A stretch of 56,157 nt of DNA, counting the filler, from Dugesia japonica (taxonomy: Eukaryota), in assembly GCA_001938525.1 (NCBI GenBank). It is 5 parts of 5 records of this genome, joined end to end, with 100 filler letters (N's around TTAATTAATTAA, not from the genome) between each part and the next. Parts side by side here need not be neighbours in the genome. Positions count along the whole stretch, not along the records: positions 1 to 12,409 come from MQRL01583042.1; positions 12,510 to 22,132 come from MQRL01610248.1; positions 22,233 to 30,760 come from MQRL01415699.1; 2 more parts are not named here. One strand, written 5' to 3'. Made by a program: the position numbers and the translations under genes. This document shows, one piece after another, positions 10,751-24,059 of this stretch. Under the pieces are notes generated by a model. The model saw nothing but the letters and a program-made list of their open reading frames with translations, made no database searches and had not been told where the DNA came from. How positions within the stretch are numbered: position 1 is the first letter of the stretch; every line of letters starts with the position of its first letter.

Positions 10751-12409
10751 TTCACAGCAAATATTCGATTTTTCTAAATCCATTACACTCATACTTNNNN
10801 NNNNNNNNNNNNNNNNNNNNNNNNNNNNNNNNNNNNNNNNNNNNNNTCTTTACGGCCTAGATACATTTCTGAAAAGTTGGTTGAAAGCGAAAAACCATAT
10901 AACGAAGTATAACACTTTATTAATCTAATATTAATTAATAAAATTTTCATTATTTATTAAAATTAATTCATACCTATTGCTGTTCGGTTTTATCTAGGTT
11001 CCGTTTGTTGAATTTACAAGTATTTTTTTCTACTTGTGGTGGGTTACTGTCGTCACGAAACGTTTAGAACAAATTTAAAATACGAGTATAGTTTAATAAT
11101 TTTTTAGGCCAATTTGATTAAACTTTATAATAATTTTTAACAATCACAATTCTATTATTAGATTGTATACTACAGTGTTCAATGCAACAGGCTTCATTGT
11201 ATTTTGATCACTATGTTTATTTTTTAATTTTATATTGAAATATATATCTAAATTAATATATAAAATCTGTTGAATTACATATCTATTGCTTTTACTTAAT
11301 CATTAAATCGAAATAAACACAATCAAATTATGAATCACTTCCTCTTTCCGAAAATATAGTATACATCATAATGAAAATCAGAGATTATCTAGAATTACAG
11401 AAGAAATTAACAATAATCATTAAATTAGTACACNNNNNNNNNNNNNNNNNNNNNNNNNNNNNNNNAAAAATTATTTCTTAATTAAAATAAAATATTTACC
11501 GTTATATTTTCAAAATGGAAGATTTTAATCAAAATAATGTGGATTTACAAAAAAGATATGTTCTATCGAAGAAATTAAGAAATGAAAAAACGTCGCGATG
11601 TCCTGAAACAGTTATTGTAGATGGAGAAAATAATAAAGTTCCCAACATTTCATATTAGTCGTTTGTCTCTAAGTAGAATCTTTCAATGAAAAACGTAGTT
11701 AAGATTTGTACCGAATAAGAGAACAAAAAGAAGTATGTGTATATGGAATCAATTATGTTGGTAGGATGGAGAAACTCCTATAAAATTCTTAATATCAATA
11801 AGAGGATACTTCCTTGTGAAGATCGATAAACTGAAAAATGCATATGTTCAGAAGAAGCCATTGATTAAACTATATCAGCGTTTCCCAAACTCTTTTNNNN
11901 NNNNNNNNNNNNNNNNNNNNNNNNNNNNNNNNNNNNCTTTTATACGAAAATCCTACAATTTTAACATCAGCACAATATTGATGAGAGCTATAGTATTATA
12001 GAAAATAATTTCTTTTTAAAAAAATCGGTGTTTCATTTTTTATATTGATTAAAAAAAATCTTTTACGCAATGCAAATGTTACCAGATCTAGGTTTTATTA
12101 CAATACTGATAATGTTGAATGAAATTAAATGGAATAGAATGGGGTCATATAAAATATAATGGAAATGAATTTTTCAAGAATCGAAAAAGAATTTTAAATT
12201 GGATTCGAATGGAATCGAAAATTATTTATAAAGCTTTTTTTGGAAATATATTTACAAAAAGTTCGCCGAAGGCCTGCTATCAGTCCATGGAACCCCAGTG
12301 TTCTGTGGAACACACTTTAGGGAATACTAGGTTAGATCATACTTCAATTACAATTATTTGTGTTTTATTGTGTTGTGTTAATAAAATTAATTTAATAGCT
12401 CAACATTTA

Positions 12410-12509
12410 NNNNNNNNNNNNNNNNNNNNNNNNNNNNNNNNNNNNNNNNNNNNTTAATTAATTAANNNNNNNNNNNNNNNNNNNNNNNNNNNNNNNNNNN
12501 NNNNNNNNN
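12410..12509. other. Artificial contig-joining spacer N44-TTAATTAATTAA-N44
   Basis: Exactly 100 nt with a six-frame stop core; identical at four positions. Confidence 0.95.
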
Positions 12510-14077
12510 AGAGAGAGAGAGAGAGAGAGAGAAATTTTGGGTTCTAGAAATTCATTTGTTTTACTATCAATATCCGCGAGCATTTCATACTTGACTGTAA
12601 TTTTTCTAGAGTGAAAAGGCGATCGTATATGCCACATGTTCATTAAAATTTCTAATCATTAGATAACATCAGTAACATTTTTAATATATAATAATGGTTA
12701 TTTAACATAATCATGATATAAGAGAATTACAACCAGAAACATATTGGAATTAGTACCTCTTGTCATTTTATCGTTTATTTTTCTTTGTATTTTTACAGTA
12801 AGACTTTCTAAAATCTGTTTTCTTTTTCTAAATCCTTCAATAGTTTTCCATTTAATTGTTTGAGTTTTCGATAAGAATTTATGAACTCCTCTACGGACTA
12901 ACCTTATGTTTTACAACTAGAAATATAAAATTTTCATTGTATCATTCCACAAATGATGAATCTTTTCAATATATTTTGTATCTAAACCATTTAAAAGTTC
13001 TTTTAATATTAGCACTAGATTTACAAACTGAGCCAATTTGACTCAATTTGCTTTATAGCAGATTAAATCAATCCGTAGATCTAGTGTCAATAAGTTAATA
13101 ATTTCAGATCATAAATATTGATAAAATCATTTAATATTGAAAATTAAACCGGTTTCATTTTTATGTTAAAAATATGTTTTAAAATATTGAGTCTTGCTTT
13201 TATATTTAAAAAAAACGCTAAAAACATTTTTATTTATAGACTTTATAATAATAATACTTGTGTTGTGGTGTGGGGTGTTGTATTTTAGATTTACGGTTGG
13301 TCTAGGTGTAATCAAACACAGCCATCGGTTTTCTCGAGGGAGTGCAGGCGTGCACTGATTTTATTTAGGTTTTTTTTGCTATTGATAGAAGCTCACGATT
13401 GATTGTGACGCCAGACGCTCTCCTATTCCCCATATTCATCAAGGAATCACGACGAAGTGTTTTTTTGTAAATTTTTATTGATTATCATAAAACAATAAAG
13501 TGTTAATTGTTGATAATTCCGTTCATCGTGACGGATGGGGCATCTTCGTTTAGAGTTTTCTCGTGCATTATCGTTACACAAACCGGCACTGTATTGCTGA
13601 ACTATTATCGTCTGTCATAACATTTGGATCAACTTGTCCCTAGGTTCACGTGAATTTCAGATGTAATTGGAATTAAATATTCATACCATCTGGTGTAATA
13701 AACGTTTGAGACTATTTAGGACTCATAAAATTTTATTTCAACTCATTAATTGTAAAACATCTGAATCAATTCAGCCTTCATCTCATCAACAGTAACAACA
13801 GTTGCGTTACCTTTGTTTTCTCAAACAATTTACTTTATATATTTCATTTCATTAACTGTACTATGAATGGTATTCACTTGGCTTTGACATTAAAAGTTTT
13901 CATTGAATTGATGATGATAGCAACCTCTCCAAATGTACTTTCTCATTGAATTATCTAAAAATGTTTTTATTTATAATAGACATAGTAAAATTGTCTCATT
14001 GAATTACATGAATTCTTTGTAGATTATTGACTTCAATAGTGACAAACTCTCATCGCACGATGTAATTTTTGTTTAAC

Positions 14078-14290
14078 AACTGTGATAGCAATATCATCTC
14101 CTTAAATTGCATTGAAAATTTTTAGTTTATTAATTGCGATAATAACATCATCTCATTGAATTGCACAAAAATATTTCGGTAGAATAACTGCGATAGTAAT
14201 ATCATCTAATAAAATTGCATGGAATATTTTCCGTTTATTAACTGCGGTGGGAATGTCATCTCATTAAATTGGACTAAAATTATGTCTTCT
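14078..14290. repeat. Degenerate 54-bp tandem repeat (about 4 clear copies, weaker copies back to about 13920)
   Basis: Units aa(c/t)tg(c/t)gatagtaatatcatctcattgaattgca... start at 14078, 14132, 14186 and 14240. Confidence 0.75.
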
Positions 14291-16598
14291 ATTTATCGAG
14301 GAGTCTAAATTTTAAAAATTAACAAAATTTGTTAAACTTACCCAAACAAAATAGCCGATAAAATGGTGATTTCCTTATTGACTAAAATTAAACGATTTCT
14401 GAATTAATTGAGATAAACAATTTCTGAATTGGTTTGGGAAATCTAATTGATAAAATTTTTTTTATGATTTTTTATTTGCTGTCTTCTGTTTTATATTTTC
14501 GTCCGCTGGCTTGATAAATTTTCTCTATTCTTAGTTGGTAATCGGTATCGAAATTGCTGGGTCGTATGCCAATTTCCTTATCGTGCGATTTTGTGTAGAA
14601 TTGAAATCTTAAATTTTATCGATGTGTTTGAATTTGGAAATTTATAACCGAATGAAAATGTGAAATGATCACAATGTAGCTGCTNTTTGTTTTCCAAACT
14701 TTTTTTTTCCAAATTTCCTGCAATATTTATACTCTTTTAAGAGTAATTTATGTTTTGATTGAGTGGAATTAATTTAAAATTAATTCAATTTGTTGATAAA
14801 TTATTTGAATTTATTACATTTCATTTTTATTATTCCAAAATCTATTGATTTAATTATTAATTCGTTTAATAATTTGATTATTATTTTTATTNNNNNNNNN
14901 NNNNNNNNNNNNNNNNNNNNNNNNNNNNNNNNNNNNNNNNNNNNNNNNNNNNNNNNNNNNNNNNNNNNNNNNNNNNNNNNNNNNNNNNNNNNNNNNNNNN
15001 NNNNNNNNNNNNNGTATTACGTGTTTGTTGAATATTATCAGATGATTTTATCTTTATTACTTGTTCAATTGTTATTTTTGGTGAGTTCTGTCCAAACAAT
15101 TGTGAGGAAAATTAATAATAAAAAAATTTTGTATTTTTTTAACTTAAATTTATGCAAATGGCAGAATTTAGAAAGTAGGAAATTTAAAATAAAAACATTT
15201 AATTTTATTGAAAAATTTATTATTTTCCAAGTTATTTTTATATTATTGTGATTTGCAATTTTTTTAAGCAATTTGTATTTAATAAATTGTAATTTAGTAA
15301 ATTGTAAAATTTGTGTAGTTTTTTGTAATTTGAAAATTTAAAAATTGTAAAATCTGTAGCAAAACAGTTTTTGTAAATTCTTTAATAATTTTTGTTTAAC
15401 AAAATAATTCTTTATTATGTGTAATATGAATTTAGACAATCCCGAGTTATATATGCCTCACAATAATAATAAAAAATTTAATTTGATTCGTAATAATTTT
15501 CTTTGCTATCCCAATAATTTTTTTCATGACTCCGAATGAGGTCACAACGCTAAGTCTAAGAAACGCTTGTCTAAATTATCAGTCCAAAATTTGATCCTTA
15601 TGTAAGTAAATGTTTTAAATCTTATGTGATTATTGGTTATCAATAAATTAGTAATTTCCCGGAATTTAACTGTGTTTGTGTCTATTAAGATGATAATAAG
15701 CACTAAAGAATACCATTATCTACTGTAGTGTAACTGTAAAATTATATGTAGTTTACTACGTATATGAGCGTTTGATGGACAGTAAATCCCTATATTTTGA
15801 GAGTATAAGCATTTACCAGAAGGTAATTATCACGAAGAATATTCTTATAGTAAATGCTAACGCCTATTCAAAACGTTGGCTTAATTGCGAATATACCAAA
15901 CCCTCAGAAATGTGCCGAACACTCGGACCTTACGTACACTTGCTTGTATGGCTGAATATAATAACTTAGCGTTGAAATCAGGAATGTGTATTATGTGTTA
16001 TGTTCATTATGTTATTGGTTATATGGTCTCTAGCTCGAGTTCTTTTATATTTATTAAATTAATAGATTGTTTTTATGTACTCATTTACCAAAAGAAAAAA
16101 ATAGTTCGATGGATAATTTTTGATAATCTTTTGTTTTATTATTAAGCAATAAATTTATTTCTTAAAAATGTAGAGTATCAATTAAGATCTTCATAAAGAT
16201 CAAAATATAAAATAATATAGAACACAATTTCTAAACAAAATATATGAAATATTATAGGACAATGTATTTAATAATTTGAAATACCTCCAAATAGCTACTT
16301 GGTTATTAGTATATTATTTGNNNNNNNNNNNNNNNNNNNNNNNNNNNNNNAGTTATGTTTCCTCAGCCAACTTTTAACATAAGGAGTAGCATCACAAACT
16401 TTCGAAGTTATCAAATGTGATACACTTTTTACTATTAAACTGGATTTTAAACGAGAACTTATGATATTTATCAATGAATACTAACATTGTGTATCAGCAC
16501 TGCTAACGGTAATTGCACTGATATTATTGTTTGCTTTTTAAATATTTTTGAAACTGCTTTGATTTCTGGAATGTTATTGCTAATTATATTTTGTAAAT

Positions 16599-16940
16599 AA
16601 TCATAAACATCATTTCTATTAATGTCAATGTTGAGATAGATTCAGGATTATTACGAGCCTTAGTCAACAATTGCGTGAGTTTTATTAGTTTAATAGAATT
16701 TTAGTCTAATCCAATGCAATTATCTTAACTGATATAACTCCTTATTAGACCTTAATACCTTAATATAAACAATCATAAAAATCATTTCTATTAATGTCAA
16801 TGTTGAGATAGATTCGGGATTATTACAAACTCACTTCAACAATTGTGCGAGTTTCATTAGTTTAATAGAATTTAATTCTAATCCAAAGCAATTATATTAA
16901 CTGATATAAATCCTTATTAGACCTTAATATCTTTAATATA
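16599..16940. repeat. Tandem duplication of about 172 bp
   Basis: aatcataaa(c/a)atcatttctattaatgtcaatgttgagatagattc...ccttattagaccttaata at 16599 and 16771. Confidence 0.9.
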
Positions 16941-19026
16941 TAAAATAATATTATGTAAATAAACTATATAGTCTGCTATATAATGAATTCAAAAGAAAAT
17001 TTTTTACTATTTAAATAACTTTATTTGCCTAATAGTTACAACGAATTTAAAAATTATACAATTAATAGTAAAATTATTTTATCTCGAGAATGTTGGTTCT
17101 CGAAAACCTAAACTCTACTTGAGATGTAACTTAAAAAGGGGGATTACTAAAAATTTGTAACCGTATTTATACCAAATTTTGTATAGGTTACTTTGACCCT
17201 TTCTTCGAAAATAAATAACAACATACAACTATTTTTCTAACAATAAAATTATTTTAAGAAAAATAAAATTAAAAATTTTCGTAAAATAAATAAAATTTAC
17301 CCTAAAATCACCAGATCGAAAATCCAAATAAATAAAATAATAATCAATATTCCAATATTATTGATAATAATAGATTATTTCAATGTTGTTGATAATAATA
17401 GATAGATTCATATTCTGTTTGTTGATATAAATTGATAATAACAGATTTATAGATAAGATTTATTGAAATACCAAATATAAAATTTTCGTAAATAATCAAT
17501 ATATACATTGTCAAATAAAAACAAAAATAGACTAAACGCCACAATCAAAACTCAATATACACATTGTCAAATAAGTTTGAATGTTCAAAACAAAAGAATA
17601 TACAAAATGTCAAAAATCAAATAAATTTGAATGTTCATTGATGAATGTTTATTGAATTGTTTGGCTTGATCGACTCTGAATAGATTAATTGACTGGTTGA
17701 TATTCTGTTGATCCTCGATACTTTGTTTGTGTTATATGTTTATGTATGTTTTATCTTGTATGTTTATGTATGACTTATGTGAGCTTACTGTAGGCTTGTT
17801 ATGGTGTTCCTAACATCAATTTTGAAAATATTTAGGTCATTATTAACCTAGTTATTTGAAAAGGTAAATACAATTAATTTTGATTTTAATAATTTTAAAG
17901 TTTATATAGCTCTCGAAATAAAAACCTAAATTAAACTGGTATGCGCTTGAAGGACGACCAAGTAAATTATGGTGAAAACCCGAGATTCCAATAAATGAAA
18001 TAAAGAATATACATCAACAATGAATAAATATTAATAAGTGATTAGTATAAAAAATATGTAATTAATAAAAACTTAAACATGTAACACAAATTTATCAATA
18101 AATTATTTAAACATAGGAAATGTCATCAATATTTTTTCAAAGAATATCGAAGTGAATAAGTTGAATTTTGTATAATATACGATTTTTTATGGAAACAAAA
18201 CCAATCGAATTTTGAAATGAAGTCTCATTCATTAAACCGCACGTAAAAATACTTCTGAATTTAAAAAAGAATTTTATTTAACAGTTTCTGTTTTTTATTG
18301 AACATTATCTTGAAAATGAAATGTAAATCATACAGTATACAACAAATGAAAACATTTCATTAAAATTTCTAAATACTACGAATTTAAGTCAGTCGAGATT
18401 TGTGAAATATTTTTACGGATGTTTTTATTTTGTATTAAAATTTTCTAATTTTATTAGCAAGAATTTTTTAAATTGATAGTTGATAAAAAAAAGTTATTAG
18501 AATTTTTTAATATTAACTATTTCAATAAACTTTACTCGGAGATTTTTCGATAAACAAAAGTCAAATAGACCTTTTTTTAATTTTTAAAAATACTTTAAGT
18601 TATTTTTTTATTAAAATAATCTGTGGTTAATTAAAAAATAAAAAAATAATTAAAATGAAAGTTTGCATTATTTTTATTTGCTTTTGTTTGTATTTATCAT
18701 CCCGTGATTTGTTTATTTGTATTAACTCTATTTAACTTTATAAATATTAGTATATAAAATTTAGATTTATTTCTTTGTTTACATGATTTTAAAGACATTT
18801 GTAACTAATTTGTAATTGCTCTTTAACTATGTGAATTTACGTAATAAGTTTTACAATTAATTTTTAACTATAATATTACATTTAAATAAATTTTCAAATG
18901 GAATTCAACAACTTTTATATAGAATGTTAATTATGTTAAATTATTTCATTTTATCAAATTTAAAAGTAAAGAATTTTTATTTTAGATTCAATATTAGTAA
19001 TTCTGAGAGTTTATTAATTATTTGAA

Positions 19027-19551
19027 ATGTCACAAATCAATGCAAATTTTCAAGAATTGATATCGACTAATAATAACAATAACAATGCTAATAGTCTTGA
19101 TAATGTTGCTGGAACAACTTTAATAACATCTGAAGCTTTGCAGCAGTTTTCTATGGCCAATCAATTTGCAATTTGCGCAAATTCTGGCAGTGGACCCGTG
19201 ATTTTATCCTGTCTAACTCCTATGCTATTACCAACTCTCGCTTCAACTTCTAAAGCCAATTTCGACATGTCTACTCAAGATAATCGTGGTCAAAATTCCA
19301 ACCACACGATGGTGCAACCTCAAACTGTTCAAATTCAACTCGCCAGTCCATTTAGTCTGACAAATAATCTCTGCAGTCCCAACAATGCGCAGTCTCTCCC
19401 GTCGCTAGGATTGTCATATATTAATCTTTCCTCACTTGGGAATACAGGGAATGCCTTTCCTATTCAAATCACCCTCAACAACCCGAACAGCAACCAACAG
19501 CAAATCACCATACCAACTGCTACCTTGAACAACATTAATCAGGAATTACAG
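19027..19551 (+). CDS. First coding exon of a Gln/Asn/Ser/Thr-rich protein resembling a transcription-factor activation region; remainder not in this contig
   Basis: 175 open codons with raised GC, an in-frame TAA upstream of the ATG, an acceptor tttag at 18981-18985 (UTR intron) and a strong donor CAG|GTAAAA at 19551/19552. Confidence 0.7.
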
Positions 19552-20513
19552 GTAAAATTTCACGTTTTTCACATCAATTTATCATTTTTTCATTAATAAA
19601 ATTCGATTTTCCTAAAAATTTCGATTTTATGCAAATTAACATATTTTTAATTTTAAAATAATTTTTCAATAAAAAAAATTCGATTTTTGTAAGAATTATC
19701 TGAGAAAACGTAAAATATTCAATTTCCAAATGTTCACAACTGGCGCGAGGATAATTTTGATCGATTTACACCAAATTTGTTATTGATCAATCAAAATCGG
19801 GAATAATCGATATTGAAGAGTGTTTTTGAGCATTTCCTTTCGATTTCCCATAAATCGGAGTGTTTAAATTGATTTTTAGCGGAAAATTTGCACAAGATTG
19901 CGATATAATACTAATTTGCGATAACGATTAATTGGGAATGAAAACAGAGTGGAACGTTGAGAAATGCCAGAGAAAATCGTTAAAATGGTAAAAAATCACT
20001 TTGAACTAGCTCGGATCAGCGTAATTCTCTTTGAGTGCCCCGCAAACTCGCAGCCTCTATTCGCTTCACGCCATTGCTTATTTATTCAATAACAACGCTA
20101 CAATGCTCACATCCATCGATTTTTACTGGGAAACAACATTTTTACCACTTAAAACGAGGATGGCAAGCTCTAATCGATCGGACGACGTCTTGGTTCTCTT
20201 AATAGCTCAATTTCTATAAATATTAACGATTTCTTGATACATGGTTACAGCGCCCGACTGGTTGCTACGGATATATCGATTGTGGTGGATTGTGATGGTC
20301 TCTATTGGTGCTCTGCCAGCTGGTCCTGAAAATTGGTTAGATTCACTCAGAGCAGTTTTCTTTCCTTCGTTCTTTCTTTCATTCTTTCCTTCGTTCTTTC
20401 TTTCGTTCTTCTTTTTTGTTTTTTCTTTCTTTCTGTCTTCCGATCGGAGCTAATTTTCTTCGGGAAAATGTTTTACCACATTCTCTAAATTCTCCTCTCT
20501 TTCAAACTTCTAA

Positions 20514-20544
<31 letters not shown>

Positions 20545-20872
20545 CTTGTAATCCTATACTTGTCTCAGTGTTAAATAAAGCTGTTAGAAAGGAGGATTGA
20601 GAAGAATAATGCAATCAACAAATACAAATTCGTTTTCTATTTCAAATTATGTTTTAACACGATCTTGTTGTTGTTGCTCCCAAATTATCGATTTTACCAA
20701 TGACANNNNNNNNNNNNNNNNNNNNNNNNNNNNNNNNNNNNNNNNNNNNNNNNNNNNNNNNNNNNNNNNNNNNNNNNNNNNNNNNNNNNNNNNNNNNNNN
20801 NNNNNNNNNNNNNNNNNNNNNNNNNNNNNNNNNNNNNNNNNNNNNNNNNNNNNNNNNNNNNNNNNNNNNNNN

Positions 20873-21052
20873 AAATTGTCAAAGATAAAAGAAATTGTCA
20901 AAGAAAAAAGAAATTGTCAAAGAAAAAGAAATTGTCAAAGAAAAAGGAAAATTGTCAAAGAAAAAATAAATTGTCAAAGAAAAAGGAAAATTGTCAAAGA
21001 AAAAAGAAATTGTCAAAGAAAAAGGAAAATTGTCAAAGAAAAAAGAAAATTA
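20873..21052. repeat. 19-20 bp tandem repeat aaattgtcaaagaaaaa(g)g
   Basis: About 9 visible copies running out of an N gap. Confidence 0.9.
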
Positions 21053-21159
21053 TTCAATAAGAAAGAAATAACTTCAAATTAATTTATTTCTCGAAATAAA
21101 GATCATTTTCCCAAAAAAACTCTTAACTAAAGTGGCTTATAAAGAGGGTTCCATTGTAT

Positions 21160-21780
21160 GAAATATTATATTAATATTATTTAATTATTTTATTTATTTA
21201 ATTATTTATTTAATTAGTTATTTATTTATTTTGTTTAATTAATTAATTTAATTAATTTGATTAATTAAATAATTTAATTAATTAATTAATTTTATTTAAT
21301 TAATTTATTTAATTAATTAATTTAATAAATTTATTTAAATAATTTATTTAATTAATTTAATTAATTAATTTAATTAATTAATTTAATTAATTTATTTATT
21401 TAATTTATTTATTTAATTTATTTATTTAATTAATTTATTTAATTTATTAAATTANNNNNNNNNNNNNNNNNNNNNNNNNNNNNNNNNNNNNNNNNNNNNN
21501 NNNNNNNNNNNNNNNNNNNNNNNNNNNNNNNNNNNNNNNNNNNNNNNNNNNNNNNNNNNNNNNNNNNNNNNNNNNNNNNNNNNNNNNNNNNNNNNNNNNN
21601 NNNNNNNNNNNNNNNNNNNNNNNNNNNNNNNNNNNNTAATTAAATTTATTTAATTGTTTAATTAATTTATTAATTTCATTAATTAAATTAATTAATCAAT
21701 TAATTACTTAAATTTACTAATTTATTTTATTTAATTATTAAGTAATTTTTTATTTATTTAATTAATTAATTAATTTATAG
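21160..21780. repeat. Nearly pure A/T low-complexity tract (TTAA/TTTA)
   Basis: Direct inspection. Confidence 0.9.
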
Positions 21781-22132
21781 TGTAAAATTTTAATTTTCAC
21801 GATAAAAATATTAAAATTTTTCTGGGAAATATCAATCGTAAATTTTTTTCTTTTTTTCTAATTTTTGCTGATAACAATCCATCAAAAAATCTGAATCTTT
21901 TCGATTTTCTCGCATTTCTCTCTTTGTTTTGCTATCTTGTCTACTGAAACATTGCTCTCAAACTTCCTCTTTTAACTGAATTGTTTTCGTTGTGTCCACC
22001 TCGTTTACATGTGATTAACTGCTGTCACAATATGCCAAAATTCCTGTTCTAATTTCTATTGCAATTGCCGTATTGTATTCGCTGTTTCTATCTTCCTCAC
22101 ATGACCTGTTCTCTTTACCCAAGTCATATTTT

Positions 22133-22232
22133 NNNNNNNNNNNNNNNNNNNNNNNNNNNNNNNNNNNNNNNNNNNNTTAATTAATTAANNNNNNNNNNNN
22201 NNNNNNNNNNNNNNNNNNNNNNNNNNNNNNNN
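22133..22232. other. Artificial contig-joining spacer
   Basis: N44-TTAATTAATTAA-N44. Confidence 0.95.
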
Positions 22233-22279
22233 ATGTAAATTTTTCGAATTTCGTGTTTACTTACGCCATTTTATTTGCC

Positions 22280-22400
22280 TTAATCCGGTGTTTCACCCCA
22301 ACACTTGTAAAGTTATTGTCCATAATTACATTGCGATTTGTCCCAAAATATGTTGCGCAGTTTTTATCTAAACAGAGCTTCATACTTAAATATATAGAGC
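22280..22400 (-). mobile_element. piggyBac transposase relic
   Basis: The minus strand reads YFGTNRNVIMDNNFTSV, matching the piggyBac G.NRN+T.DN.FTS motif around a catalytic Asp. Confidence 0.7.
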
Positions 22401-23040
22401 CTCATAAGCACTGTTGTGCGTTTGTGCGATTTTCTCGTGAAATTTAANTACATATATATTACCNATTTAAATTTTGTCAAATGCTTCAATTATTATACTT
22501 ATATGATGAAAATAGACAAATACAAAAATATTGGGAAAAATTTATAAATATTAATAAATCTATTAGCAATTTAATTTCAAATAGAGACTGGTAGGCTTTG
22601 TTGTGCTTTTTAGGGTTAAACTGCGAGTTTTGTATTATTATAACAGATACTAACGTTCGTTTTACTTTAAAATGATGTAGGTTTAAAATTTTTCCAAAGT
22701 GCAATTTCTATTTTCTTCAAGGGTGGGTTTAATTTAGTAAAAATTTTATTGTTATATTTTCATGTTTTTTCTAATACGATTCAAAACTTTATTGCATATT
22801 TTTTTTATAAAAATAACCATCAATTTAAATATATTTTTGTATCACAAAGACATTTTTACTCAGTCATATTTTCAAAAAGTTTAATTACATTAAATTTTTA
22901 TATAAAAGAAAGTTTGCAGGAAATTAATTGTCATTTAAACATTAAATCCATACCTCTAGAACTTGTATGTACTATGTAATAATTTAACTCGAGTGTTACA
23001 GGTAAATTTAAATACATACAAATGTAGCAAATTATAATTA

Positions 23041-23388
23041 TTGGGTCATCCGGAAAGGTCTGTGGATTTTGACAAACATATTTTAAGTGAAAAGTACAAA
23101 AATTTTAAAGACTTTCATTAAATATAAATATGATCCATTTTTTGGAATCGCCCTTCGCCATCGGTTGGGCAATTGAAAAATCCCTCACTCGTAGAAATCC
23201 TTTGGTCTATAGTCGAAAAAGTCATCTAGGTACGTTTTATCAATCAATACATTCATGTTTAAAATTAACTCACTGATGCATAAAAAAGCGCAATATTTCT
23301 TTGATTTAGAAAAACAAATTTTACTTTTAAGTTTTATTAATAAAATAAAGCAGGTTCAAAAAATCCACAGGATTTCCATATGACCTAA
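23041..23388 (-). mobile_element. Internally deleted mariner element
   Basis: TIRs ttgggtcatccggaaa / tttccatatgacctaa with TA on both sides. Retains the transposase C-terminus (YLDDFFDYRPKDFYE*GIFQLPNRW...NGSY). Confidence 0.85.
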
Positions 23389-23445
23389 TAGATGATTTAT
23401 TAACGTATTATTAAACTATTCATTTAATAAGTTTTAAAAATTTAG

Positions 23446-23609
23446 GTTCTAGTGAAATTCATATTTTAAATAACGCCAGTATGAAGGAAGAAGCAGTTTC
23501 AATTCATGTATTTTCACCCTATTTTGTAAATGAACATTATCAAACAAGAAGCCAAATGTTGCAATCTGGATCTAATTTCTACAGTAAAAACGGAAGGCTT
23601 TTAAGGTAA
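23446..23609 (+). CDS. CDO1: Cysteine dioxygenase-like protein, 3' exon (upstream exons not in this contig)
   Basis: Acceptor tttag|GT. Translation SSEIHILNNASMKEEAVSIHVFSPYF...SNFYSKNGRLLR* aligns with CDO1 [27 protein letters not shown]...TFHSKFG. His140, Ser153 and His155 equivalents are kept; the Tyr157 position is Phe. Confidence 0.7.
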
Positions 23610-24059
23610 AAAATCACTCTTATAATTACTTGATAATGGAACAGTTATGTTTAATTAATTAAGGCACTTTTCATAAAGCATCAGAATTCCACAGAGAACG
23701 CTCAAATTATATATAATTTCAAGTCAATTTGAAATTAAAGATAAATTGTTAAATAATTTAAATTTTGATTTAACATAGGTTATTTTATTCTTTTAATTAA
23801 TTTTTCGATTAAATTAAACGAACTATTTTCAAAATTAGATTTACATTTAAATAAACAGTAATGGATACTTAAACTATTAAAATAATAATGAACTAGTAAA
23901 CTAAGTTTTGATTTTATCGCGATTTTTATTTTCCAGTGTGATGACGATTTATTCAAAAAAAATACATTATTTTGTTAAAAAAAACAAATTATGATATTCT
24001 TTTGAAATATATAAGTACAGTAATTTGTGGTTAACTATATCGTCTGTTGCAAAGAAATT

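Noticed and set aside
10383-10928. CRISPR-like array or repeat-protein ORFs
   Set aside because: Contiguous 30-bp units with no unique spacers, in a eukaryotic context without cas genes. The ORFs are a by-product of the repeat.
12454-12465. TTAATTAATTAA as a conserved biological motif
   Set aside because: It is always centred in exactly 44+44 Ns, so it is an assembly spacer.
20241-21082. ORFs of 70 and 161 aa
   Set aside because: They are made of (TTTC)n, N runs and a 19-20 bp tandem repeat.
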